Shown here: positions 8,002 through 15,579 of the stretch, in pieces | How the letters are laid out: each line of letters opens with the position of its first letter | Numbering within the stretch: position 1 is the first letter of the stretch | Origin: a phage | Direction: 5' to 3' (one strand) | NCBI GenBank assembly: GCA_021031555.1 | Contig: GCA_021031555.1_4954.2 | Length of the DNA: 16,567 nucleotides | Made by a program: the position numbers and the translations under genes | The notes under the pieces: generated by a model | What the model was told of the DNA's origin: nothing | The model's input: the letters and a program-made list of their open reading frames with translations, nothing else | Databases searched by the model: none

Positions 8002-8331
8002 TTAACATTTTCTTAGAGTCTCCCGCCAGTTCAGCCCGTGTAGGTTTACTTTACATATATGAATAAACGGAATATCAGGATCACACCATGAGCTACCGCT
8101 AATGTATGGGTCGTGTTCCCACGCGTAAACTTCACCATCAGCATCAGTAGTAATAACTGTATAGTTTTCTGGTATAGTTACTGACAATCCAAAATACATT
8201 ACAGTTTTATAAAGACCCATTTCAACCAGTGTCATTTTACAATCTGGTGCTTCTTCGTGGATATCCCACGATTTACCACAGTGTGAACACTGATATTCAT
8301 CGTTACAGCGAATAGCGTTTACATGATTCAT
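8002..8331 (-). CDS. Cys-rich hypothetical protein (109 aa; CNDEYQCSHCGK...APDC)
   Basis: ORF track; GAGGAAGA RBS. Confidence 0.6.
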   Translation of the reverse strand: MNHVNAIRCNDEYQCSHCGKSWDIHEEAPDCKMTLVEMGLYKTVMYFGLSVTIPENYTVITTDADGEVYAWEHDPYISGSSWCDPDIPFIHICKVNLHGLNWRETLRKC

Positions 8332-8343
8332 GATTATTCTTCC

Positions 8344-8679
8344 TCAGTTACGGATGATACCGTTGACGGAATGTGAATTAGTACATGACTTTGTAGTAAT
8401 ATTTCCATTAACTGTTTCGATATTACCACTATCCCCAGTAACAGAAACATTACCATTAACCGTTTTGATATTTCCACTGTTTCCTGAAATGTTAACGTCA
8501 CCGTTAGTCGTTTCAATGGATTCAACATCACCATAAACACTGATCGATATGTTACCAACCAGATTACCATCAACCTGTATGCCATCAACAATTACTTTAT
8601 CACCGTTAATTTCAAATTTACGTCCTGTAAATTCCCTACCGTCAATTATTACTTTACCGTTTCTCATATTTATTTTCAT
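8344..8679 (-). CDS. Beta-solenoid-like repeat protein (111 aa)
   Basis: ORF track; tandem degenerate repeats GNIKTVNGNVSVTGDSGNIETVNGNITT rich in G, N, V, I, T; start overlaps the upstream stop (ATGA). Confidence 0.6.
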   Translation of the reverse strand: MKINMRNGKVIIDGREFTGRKFEINGDKVIVDGIQVDGNLVGNISISVYGDVESIETTNGDVNISGNSGNIKTVNGNVSVTGDSGNIETVNGNITTKSCTNSHSVNGIIRN

Positions 8680-8987
8680 TTAACTGTCTCCGGTACAAAC
8701 CACATTGACGCGAGATACGCACACCCGGCAATTTTATGTTCGTGTTTAGGTTCGAAACTACCCAGAATTACATTGATGTGTGCATGGGCCTGTTTAAAGT
8801 TCACACCGTTAACAGCAACTGCGTATTCTTTCAGACCATTGAAAAACCATTTGCTAACCCACTGATTCCACGGGTTAGAATTTTCAAAAAATTCTTTCGG
8901 AATACTACCCATCGCCGGGAGAAATTCAGCAATGTTTTTAGGTCCAAAAGCAATATCCAGTTGTGTAATATTTTCATTCGGTTTCAT
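8676..8987 (-). CDS. Hypothetical protein (103 aa)
   Basis: ORF 8676..9011 trimmed to the ATG at 8987 with AAGGGTGA RBS; the ATG at 9011 falls at the predicted transcription start. Confidence 0.6.
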   Translation of the reverse strand: MKPNENITQLDIAFGPKNIAEFLPAMGSIPKEFFENSNPWNQWVSKWFFNGLKEYAVAVNGVNFKQAHAHINVILGSFEPKHEHKIAGCAYLASMWFVPETVK

Positions 8988-9018
8988 AGTTATCACCCTT
9001 TGTTCATTCAATGACTAA

Positions 9019-9059
9019 AGCATAATCGCACGTTTGCAATTCGTCAAGAATTATTTTAA
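9019..9059 (-). promoter_or_regulatory. Conserved promoter element copy 4 (-35 TTGACG, -10 TATGCT)
   Basis: Minus-strand TTAAAATAATTCTTGACG-AATTGCAAACGTGCGAT-TATGCT. Confidence 0.6.
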
Positions 9060-9081
9060 CACCGTGCAAAAAAACCATCAC

Positions 9082-9090
9082 TGATATAAC
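9082..9090 (+). promoter_or_regulatory. Candidate extended -10 (TGATATAAC) upstream of the portal gene
   Basis: TGnTATAAC about 40 nt upstream of the ATG at 9130; a near-identical TGATATAAT precedes the head-morphogenesis gene. Confidence 0.3.
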
Positions 9091-9129
9091 ATACGTTAAG
9101 AACCGTAAACCGTATGGAGCCTGTAGAAC

Positions 9130-10485
9130 ATGGCTGATCAACAATTCGAACAACTAGCCGTTGCCGGGTACAGTCGAACAGGCAACCAGGTAAACGACGA
9201 TTTTCTTCCTAAACTAAACGGTAAACAAGGCCGTCGTATTCTTCGTCAGATGGCTGAGAACGACGAAACTATTGGCGGTGTGTTATTCGCCATGAGTAGC
9301 GTTTATCGTTCTGTACAGTGGATTTTTGACCCGTCTGACAAAGATGATCCAGAAGCTATTCGTTATTCAGAATGGTTGCAGGACGCTATTGAAAATAAAA
9401 TGGGTGATCCGCGTGGTGCACTCCCGGACGATACCTGGTCCGCGTTCGTTCAGACATGGACAGACGTTGATGTATTCGGCTGGGGTTGGTATGACATCTG
9501 GGTCAAAGACCTTGATGATGGTACGGTGGGTATTGCCCGTCTGGTTCCTGTAGCACCTGAAACGCTTGCTGGTTGGGATATTGAAGAACCGACAGGTTAT
9601 GTTCGTGGTATTTATCAACGTTCACCTAACCAGGGTACAACGACGTTAATCACGCGTGATCGTTCGCTTCATTTGATTTCAAGTCCGAATAAAGGTAACC
9701 CGGAAGGTTTATCACTGCTGCGCACAGCTTATCGTCCGTGGTACTACAAAAAAGTGAATATGGAAATCGAATCCATACTTGCCGAACGTGGTACAGGGTT
9801 CCCGGTAATTACTGTTAACGCAGATATTAAAAAAGCGGCTAATGATCCTAATGTTCCTGAACAACAGCGTCAGGCAGCACAGGCGATGATTGATAACTAT
9901 GAAAACATCGTCGCTAATATCAAACGCAATGAACAATCAGGACTGGTGATTTATTCTAAACCGTATATCACGGGTTATGATAACGAAACAGGTGTTACCA
10001 CATATGGTGGTGAACAACAGGTGAAACTGGAATTTGTTACACCTAACCAGACCAGTTCTGTGGATATTGACCGGACGATTAAACGCCTGGATACCAGTAT
10101 TGCTCGCGCATTACTGGCAGATTTCATGTTTTTCGGAACGGGTGGTAATACCGGGAATAACGCTAACCTGGGTAGTCGTACTGAACTGTGGATCCGCGCA
10201 ATGCAATCACGTATTGATAGCATTGTAGAATGTGTTAATCGTCAGTTGATACCGCAGTTATGGTCGTTAAACGCATTTCCTGATGAATACCGCCCGTCGA
10301 TTCGCGCCGGGTCAATCAGTAAAGATAGTATTGAAACATTGACTACGGCACTTGCTCGTTTAGCACAAGCTGGCGCACCTGTATTCCCAGATCCAGACCT
10401 TCAGGAATACGTATATAAAGAGGCGGGTCTACCTATTACGGGAATTGATAAAGCAGGGGACGGATTACCGTCTATTGACGACTGA
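9130..10485 (+). CDS. Putative portal protein
   Basis: 451 aa ORF with GGAG RBS, placed between terL and the head-morphogenesis gene; assignment rests on size and position only. Confidence 0.5.
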   Translation: MADQQFEQLAVAGYSRTGNQVNDDFLPKLNGKQGRRILRQMAENDETIGGVLFAMSSVYRSVQWIFDPSDKDDPEAIRYSEWLQDAIENKMGDPRGALPDDTWSAFVQTWTDVDVFGWGWYDIWVKDLDDGTVGIARLVPVAPETLAGWDIEEPTGYVRGIYQRSPNQGTTTLITRDRSLHLISSPNKGNPEGLSLLRTAYRPWYYKKVNMEIESILAERGTGFPVITVNADIKKAANDPNVPEQQRQAAQAMIDNYENIVANIKRNEQSGLVIYSKPYITGYDNETGVTTYGGEQQVKLEFVTPNQTSSVDIDRTIKRLDTSIARALLADFMFFGTGGNTGNNANLGSRTELWIRAMQSRIDSIVECVNRQLIPQLWSLNAFPDEYRPSIRAGSISKDSIETLTTALARLAQAGAPVFPDPDLQEYVYKEAGLPITGIDKAGDGLPSIDD

Positions 10486-10488
10486 ATG

Positions 10489-10520
10489 AAAAAGGGACCA
10501 GTAACGGTCCCTTAATTTTA
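10489..10520. terminator. Bidirectional intrinsic terminator between convergent genes
   Basis: aaaaaGGGACC-agtaac-GGTCCCttaatttt: A-tract, 6-bp GC stem, T-tract, so U-rich on both strands; between the portal stop (10485) and the stop of the minus gene (10518). Confidence 0.65.
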
Positions 10521-10850
10521 CTTAGTTTCAGGTTGCACGATTGACAGTAATTTACTCGCTTCATCAACCGCAGTCTGAATACGAGTCTGTAACGGATAAC
10601 TGTTGTTGATCGCACGTTCCAGCGTTTTATCAAGCAGTTGCAGTTTGACTTCATCATCGCCAGTGAACGCGTACATATCAGCAACGACCTCCTTAAACTG
10701 TGATGCTTGCTCAACAATAGTCGTGGTTACAATGTATTTCCAGACTTTGTTAAGTAGTTTAAATTTCACTTCGTTGTCAGCAACTGCATCAACCAGAATT
10801 TCAGCAGCAGTCTTGTCATATTTAACAAGCTCAAGAATTTCAAAACGCAT
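10518..10850 (-). CDS. Hypothetical protein with an internal duplication (110 aa)
   Basis: ORF track; AGGAGA RBS; internal repeat DNEVKFKLLNKV / DDEVKLQLLDKT. Confidence 0.6.
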   Translation of the reverse strand: MRFEILELVKYDKTAAEILVDAVADNEVKFKLLNKVWKYIVTTTIVEQASQFKEVVADMYAFTGDDEVKLQLLDKTLERAINNSYPLQTRIQTAVDEASKLLSIVQPETK

Positions 10851-10865
10851 TTAAGTCTTCTCCTG

Positions 10866-11210
10866 TCAGTTAACATACTTCGCGATCAGTTTATCACAGT
10901 CCTCGCGACAGGTAGCATACTTAAACAGGTCACTTGCTGCTTCTGCCCGGTAGTCAGTATCAATGGTGTAATGTTCATTGACATAGTTATAGGCTGCAAG
11001 ATAATTGCTGAACATCCCCGTGGTTACCACTTTCGGTTGTTCCCTTACGACCTTACCGTTAAACAGATATGCGATTAACAGAATCAGACCACCGATCACA
11101 GGACTTGTGAGAAATGCGATAAAGAACCATACACCAGGGTTACGACCTGTTTGTTTGGCAACACCCGCGACAACCAGAGAGAAAAGAACCCATAAAATAG
11201 CGAATGACAT
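10866..11210 (-). CDS. Membrane protein, two N-terminal TM helices plus soluble C-terminal domain (114 aa)
   Basis: ORF track; AAGGAGG RBS; first gene after promoter copy 5. Confidence 0.6.
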   Translation of the reverse strand: MSFAILWVLFSLVVAGVAKQTGRNPGVWFFIAFLTSPVIGGLILLIAYLFNGKVVREQPKVVTTGMFSNYLAAYNYVNEHYTIDTDYRAEAASDLFKYATCREDCDKLIAKYVN

Positions 11211-11240
11211 GATTGTGTCCTCCTTTGTTTTGATGTTTGT

Positions 11241-11282
11241 AGGTTACACGTCCTTGTGTAATCCGTCAAGAATTATTTTAAA
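11241..11282 (-). promoter_or_regulatory. Conserved promoter element copy 5 (-35 TTGACG, -10 TAACCT)
   Basis: Minus-strand TTTAAAATAATTCTTGACG-GATTACACAAGGACGTG-TAACCT; overlaps the stop codon of ORF 11273..11521. Confidence 0.55.
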
Positions 11283-11521
11283 TTATCGTAGACCGGCGGT
11301 AAGCCCATTGCGACCTGTACAGACCGTTTTTCATATTCCTCCCGAAGTTTCTGAAGCTGTTCAATACCGATGTCACAACCACGCATAATATCAGCGCACA
11401 GGTCGTTGTAGGTCGCTTCAGATTGCTTGCTGTGTGGGTAATCAACACAGGATGGATCTGCAATAATGACTTTCGGCAGATATGCGACAGTATCGCCCAT
11501 TGCGTTCTTAAATATCGTCAT
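11273..11521 (-). CDS. Hypothetical protein (about 82 aa)
   Basis: ORF 11273..11530 begins at a GTG; the ATG at 11521 follows the upstream stop by 2 nt. Confidence 0.5.
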   Translation of the reverse strand: MTIFKNAMGDTVAYLPKVIIADPSCVDYPHSKQSEATYNDLCADIMRGCDIGIEQLQKLREEYEKRSVQVAMGLPPVYDNLK

Positions 11522-11523
11522 AG

Positions 11524-11985
11524 TTAGCACCCGTGATTAAGTTCCTGACCTGGTTGAACACGAGTACCACAATATTTACAAACATAGCGCCACTCAAAAC
11601 CGGGCATTGCTAACACTTTACGATAACCAGCATCATAAATTTGTTTTGCAGAATTAAGAGGATCTACACCATTGTGATCGATGATTTGCAAAATTTCATC
11701 AATAGCCTTTTCACGTTCTTTCGGAATAGGTCTGAAGTTTTCCGCGTTACCTACAATAAACGATTGTGTACCGTCATCAGGCTTTAACCATATATCATCA
11801 CCATGGTAACCTAATACCGTCACCTTCACCCAATCGTGATCAACGCTTGCTAACCACTCGCATACTGTACCGACAGGTGGTAAACCTTCACCATCCCATT
11901 GTTGTTTTTCATTCACACAGTCAGGACAAATACCATATTTTTGGTCACTGTTATCACGCGTGTGTTTTTCACAAAAACTTTTCAT
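11524..11985 (-). CDS. Zinc-ribbon-like protein with a WDG-LPPVG domain (153 aa)
   Basis: ORF track; N-terminal CEKH..CPDC and C-terminal CKYCG Cys pairs; central WDGEGLPPVGTVCEWLASVDHDWVKVTVLGY resembles the protein at 15158..15388. Confidence 0.6.
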   Translation of the reverse strand: MKSFCEKHTRDNSDQKYGICPDCVNEKQQWDGEGLPPVGTVCEWLASVDHDWVKVTVLGYHGDDIWLKPDDGTQSFIVGNAENFRPIPKEREKAIDEILQIIDHNGVDPLNSAKQIYDAGYRKVLAMPGFEWRYVCKYCGTRVQPGQELNHGC

Positions 11986-12311
11986 AAATACGACCCTATG
12001 ATTGCTGCACAGTTGACGATTGCTAAACGCGTTGCTTTTTCACGGTCTTCCCCGTGGCTAACTGGTTGCTTATAACTAACGCCAGTGTCAGGGTTATTAA
12101 CCGTCACTTCGTTGTCACGAATATCCAGATCCATGTACATGTTAACCATCAGACTGAAAGCATCCTCATTACGTGTAAGAGGGTTCCACAGACGACCATT
12201 GCCTATATCAATACCTTCGTTTATGTAACGTTCGTCGTACGCGACGTAATATTTACCATGGATTTCAGCAGCCCGTGCTGCGTTGACTAATAAATCACGA
12301 TTGTTCATCAT
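11982..12311 (-). CDS. Hypothetical protein (109 aa)
   Basis: ORF track; start overlaps the dut stop. Confidence 0.6.
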   Translation of the reverse strand: MMNNRDLLVNAARAAEIHGKYYVAYDERYINEGIDIGNGRLWNPLTRNEDAFSLMVNMYMDLDIRDNEVTVNNPDTGVSYKQPVSHGEDREKATRLAIVNCAAIIGSYL

Positions 12312-12811
12312 ACCCGTCCTGTTGATCCAAACCCGCCATTACGCTGACTATCAACATCTGGTAATTCTTCCACTTCAACCAAGTTAACAGGTTCAACACG
12401 TTCAACCATAAGCTGACAAACACGTTCACCGTCTGCGATGGTCTGTAATTTCTGCCCGTGGTTAGTCAGCGTAACGTAGTATTCTTCTTTGTAATCACGA
12501 TCACCGATACCCACGCAGTTGATCAGTGACAAACCGTGTTTAAGACTCATGCCGGAACGTGGATAGAATTTAATGCAATATCCGCTATCAACTGACATTT
12601 TCAGACCAGTGGGGATCATAGCGCGGTCGCCGGGCCATAATGCGATTGTTCCTGCAACAACCGGACGTTCCACTTTAGCGCCTGATTCTGTGAATATAGT
12701 TACCGATTCTTCCCACAGGCAAGCACGAACGTCTAACCCTGCGCTGTCTGGTGTTGCACGTGTCGGAAGTTCAGCGTGGGGTGTTAGTTTTTTTATATAC
12801 AGGTTAGTCAT
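12308..12811 (-). CDS. dut: dUTP pyrophosphatase (dUTPase)
   Basis: 167 aa with the five dUTPase motifs in order: SAGLDVRA, PRSGMSLKHGL, GIGDRDYKEEY, RVCQLMV, RNGGFGSTG; GAGGA RBS. Confidence 0.9.
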   Translation of the reverse strand: MTNLYIKKLTPHAELPTRATPDSAGLDVRACLWEESVTIFTESGAKVERPVVAGTIALWPGDRAMIPTGLKMSVDSGYCIKFYPRSGMSLKHGLSLINCVGIGDRDYKEEYYVTLTNHGQKLQTIADGERVCQLMVERVEPVNLVEVEELPDVDSQRNGGFGSTGRV

Positions 12812-12845
12812 TGTTTGATTCCTCAGTGTGTTTCGTTCGTGACAA

Positions 12846-12888
12846 ATGTTAGTGTGGTCGCTTGCAATGTATCAAGAATTATTTTAAA
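12846..12888 (-). promoter_or_regulatory. Conserved promoter element copy 6 (-35 TTGATA, -10 TAACAT with 18-bp spacer)
   Basis: Minus-strand TTTAAAATAATTCTTGATA-CATTGCAAGCGACCACAC-TAACAT; drives dut. Confidence 0.5.
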
Positions 12889-12918
12889 CTTCTGTCAACG
12901 TTAACCAATGAGGAATAA

Positions 12919-13662
12919 ATGATGTTTGAACAACCGTGGAACATACCTGTATATGATGCTGAAAGTGAAAAACAATCACTTGACTATCGAATGAAAACAC
13001 AACAAGTAGACTGGAGTGAAGCGCCAGACTGGGCTACATGTGTTGTTCTTAATAAAACAACAAACACTTTTGCATGGTCTGACGGTTCAATGTACGCACC
13101 AATTTTAAGAAATCCACCACAAATTATGGAGAATGCTGATGACTTTGAAATCTTTGAAAAACGCTCTTGTGGTCCAGCAACACCTATCAAAACAAAACTG
13201 TTAATGACACCGAAAGCCCGTGGTAACACTTATGAAGAATTCATCGCAACCGGGTGGAACGACGACCAGTTAGTCGAACATGGTTATGCTGTTCGCACCA
13301 ATGATGAAATAACAAAATATGAACAACAGTCATTGGCAGACTTACACCTGGCACATCTATTCACACCTGTTCAACAACCGTCAACAGCGTCTGATTTACT
13401 GAAACAGGCTGAACAGTTACTGACAGAACGTGGTAAGCAGTATGACACGTCTGGTCAGGAACGTTCGTCAGCTAAAATCGTTGCTGCGTTTAACACAATT
13501 ACCGGGCGTGACTTAACACCAGGTGAAGGGTGGTTGTTTCTGATGTTGTTAAAAGCGGTTCGTTTCTATTCCAATACTGAAACACCACATCGTGACAGTC
13601 TGGAAGACCTGATCAGCTACGCTGCATTACACGCAGAGGAATATCTTAACGATGAACGGTGA
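12919..13662 (+). CDS. Hypothetical protein (247 aa)
   Basis: ORF track; GAGGAATAA RBS. C-terminal third (GKQYDTSG...LFLMLLKAVRF...DSLEDLISYAALHAEEY) loosely resembles small all-alpha nucleotide-pyrophosphohydrolase-type domains; unverified. Confidence 0.55.
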   Translation: MMFEQPWNIPVYDAESEKQSLDYRMKTQQVDWSEAPDWATCVVLNKTTNTFAWSDGSMYAPILRNPPQIMENADDFEIFEKRSCGPATPIKTKLLMTPKARGNTYEEFIATGWNDDQLVEHGYAVRTNDEITKYEQQSLADLHLAHLFTPVQQPSTASDLLKQAEQLLTERGKQYDTSGQERSSAKIVAAFNTITGRDLTPGEGWLFLMLLKAVRFYSNTETPHRDSLEDLISYAALHAEEYLNDER

Positions 13663-13834
13663 ACAAGCATTCGACCTTCTGGTCAAATACGACATTATTG
13701 TTATTCACTGTGACCGTGAACAGATCGTTTTTACAGATAATCTTCGTTATGAAGAACCTTATGACGGTGATAAACGGTCTGCCACGATTCGGTTAATCGA
13801 ACGTGTGGCACGTGACAGAGGGGAACTATTATAA
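13652..13834 (+). CDS. Hypothetical protein (60 aa)
   Basis: ORF track; GAGGAA about 12 nt upstream; overlaps the upstream gene end. Confidence 0.45.
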   Translation: MNGEQAFDLLVKYDIIVIHCDREQIVFTDNLRYEEPYDGDKRSATIRLIERVARDRGELL

Positions 13835-14028
13835 TGGTTCAAACTATTTCTGAATTACTACCCACCGTTTATGGCAACGTAACAGAACTTGCCAGGCGGA
13901 TTGGGTGTAACAAAGCGACAGTTTATAAATATATGGATGACACCAACGGTGAATTTCACGCAGTAGTGAATGGTAAGTTGATGGTCAGACCCGGTTTTAA
14001 AGGACGTTATACTCGTGACAAAAGATGA
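13834..14028 (+). CDS. Small helix-turn-helix DNA-binding protein (64 aa)
   Basis: ORF track; HTH-like TELARRIGCNKATVYKYM; GAGGGGAA RBS; start overlaps the upstream stop (TAATG). Confidence 0.55.
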   Translation: MVQTISELLPTVYGNVTELARRIGCNKATVYKYMDDTNGEFHAVVNGKLMVRPGFKGRYTRDKR

Positions 14029-14158
14029 AAAATTATTACGTGAACTTGAAATAGACTACGAACGAGCACAAAAAGCGTTACAGTTTCTGGAAGAACAGAT
14101 CCGCGAAGTTAAGAACCGCATTCAGGGAACTGAAAAACGTAATCTTCCACGCCCGTAA
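14015..14158 (+). CDS. Possible small coiled-coil ORF (47 aa, GTG start)
   Basis: Hand translation VTKDEKLLRELEIDYERAQKALQFLEEQIREVKNRIQGTEKRNLPRP; overlaps the 3' end of the HTH gene in another frame; weak RBS. Confidence 0.25.
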   Translation: MTKDEKLLRELEIDYERAQKALQFLEEQIREVKNRIQGTEKRNLPRP

Positions 14159-14162
14159 CACG

Positions 14163-14171
14163 TGATATAAT
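14163..14171 (+). promoter_or_regulatory. Candidate extended -10 promoter TGATATAAT
   Basis: Exact TGnTATAAT; predicted start site falls inside the left arm of the terminator hairpin at 14174..14201. Confidence 0.35.
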
Positions 14172-14173
14172 CG

Positions 14174-14201
14174 GCCTCAGTGTGTTAACTGAGGCTTTTT
14201 T
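14174..14201 (+). terminator. Intrinsic terminator whose 3' arm contains the RBS of the next gene
   Basis: GCCTCAGT-gtgtta-ACTGAGGC followed by TTTTTT and then ATG at 14202; the GAGG Shine-Dalgarno is part of the 3' stem arm. Confidence 0.65.
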
Positions 14202-15161
14202 ATGGCTACTAAAGACCCATACCCAGATATTTCAGACAAATATGATGCTCGCATTCGTGAAGCACTTGATGTTGTGTGGGAAAACGTGCGTCGTAGTGAG
14301 TCGTTAGCTAACCTGGAATACATCATTGAAACTCAGGGTATTACCGGATTACTCCCAATTCTTGAAACACTCCCTGATGAACTTAGTGCACAGTTGCGTC
14401 CGGTTATTGAAGATGCGATCGCCGAATCAGGTCGTGTAGTCGTTCAGGTTCTACCGAAAGCGGCTGTGACAGGTCCGGTTGTGTTCAGTCTGGTCACCCC
14501 ACAGGTCAGTACATACATCAACAACTATGTCGGACAACTGATCCGTGAAGTCAGTGATGAAACAGTCAAAGCTGTTCAGATTGCTGTTAACCAGGGTGTG
14601 GTAACCGGACGAAATCCGCGTCAGATAGCCCGTGATTTTCGATCGTCAATAGGGTTAACCACACGGCAGGAAATGACGGTTCAACGTCTGCGATCAGCAC
14701 TGGAAAAAGGTGAAGCAGGTTATATAAACAGTCTGACCACTGTTACAGACAGTGCGAAGAACGCTGTAAGTGCCGGGAAACTATCACAGGCGAAGATTGA
14801 CCAGATAATCGAACAGACACGTTTACGTTACGTAAAACAGCGCACAGAAACAATAGCGCGTACTGAATCACTTCGTGCTGTATCCGTTGGTCAGGACCAG
14901 GCAATACGTCAGGGACAGATTACCGGGACTATTAGTAATGAATTGCTGAAGCGCTGGTTATATAGAAAGGATGGTCGGACACGTGATGCGCATATTTCCA
15001 CAGGTGAAACGAACGGCTGGATACCAATGGACAGACCGTTTTCAACGCCGTTAGGACCACTTATGTTCCCTCGTGATCCTAACGGTAGTGCCGCGAACGT
15101 GATTAATTGCCGTTGCAGGGTACAGTACAGTTTACCGGAAGATATAGGTTCGTTGGGTTAA
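14202..15161 (+). CDS. Head morphogenesis protein, Mu F / SPP1 gp7 family
   Basis: 319 aa; C-terminal region RTESLRAVSVGQ...W..RKDGRTRDAH...NVINCRCRVQY fits the Mu-F-like signature (R.TE...W...D.RTR..H...NCRC). Confidence 0.75.
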   Translation: MATKDPYPDISDKYDARIREALDVVWENVRRSESLANLEYIIETQGITGLLPILETLPDELSAQLRPVIEDAIAESGRVVVQVLPKAAVTGPVVFSLVTPQVSTYINNYVGQLIREVSDETVKAVQIAVNQGVVTGRNPRQIARDFRSSIGLTTRQEMTVQRLRSALEKGEAGYINSLTTVTDSAKNAVSAGKLSQAKIDQIIEQTRLRYVKQRTETIARTESLRAVSVGQDQAIRQGQITGTISNELLKRWLYRKDGRTRDAHISTGETNGWIPMDRPFSTPLGPLMFPRDPNGSAANVINCRCRVQYSLPEDIGSLG

Positions 15162-15388
15162 TCAGGTTCACGCCAGTCAAGAGGTCGCACATCACATAAC
15201 AGACGAACATTATCTTCAAATTTTATGTTTATCCTGTGATGTGCCGTATCATTTTCATAAACAGAAGGCCATATTTCATAACCCTGAACAGTTCGTACCA
15301 CCCACTTGTTAATGCTTGCCAGATGGATCAACACTTCACAACCAACGGGAGGAAGGTTTTTACCATCCCAAATCTGTTTCATTCCCAT
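15158..15388 (-). CDS. Small protein with a WDG-LPPVG domain (76 aa)
   Basis: ORF track; WDGKNLPPVGCEVLIHLASINKWVVRTVQGYEIW resembles 11524..11985; stop overlaps the head-morphogenesis stop (convergent). Confidence 0.55.
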   Translation of the reverse strand: MGMKQIWDGKNLPPVGCEVLIHLASINKWVVRTVQGYEIWPSVYENDTAHHRINIKFEDNVRLLCDVRPLDWREPD

Positions 15389-15399
15389 AGCGGTTACTC

Positions 15400-15579
15400 C
15401 TATTTCTCCTGATTTACAGCATGTTCAATATCAGCCAGTGCTTTCAATTCATGTTCCCAATATTCGTGATTTTCAAAATCTTCATCACGTTGTTTTTGAA
15501 GTAAGTCACGATAAACATGAATATGAGTGCTGATCATATCAGCAAGATTTGAATGACCTTTGTAATCTATATTTTTCAT
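15400..15579 (-). CDS. Hypothetical protein (59 aa)
   Basis: ORF 15400..15627 trimmed to the ATG at 15579 with AAGGAA RBS. Confidence 0.45.
   Translation of the reverse strand: MKNIDYKGHSNLADMISTHIHVYRDLLQKQRDEDFENHEYWEHELKALADIEHAVNQEK

Noticed and set aside
8987-9011. ATG at 9011 as the start of the first gene of the 7566..8987 cassette
   Set aside because: It falls at or upstream of the predicted transcription start of promoter copy 4 and lacks an RBS; the ATG at 8987 has one.
9326-10717. Short ORFs inside and antisense to the putative portal gene (9326..9553, 9367..9618, 9712..9936, 9975..10223, 10034..10228, 10472..10717)
   Set aside because: Nested in the long portal frame with no independent start signals; 10472..10717 also runs through the bidirectional terminator.
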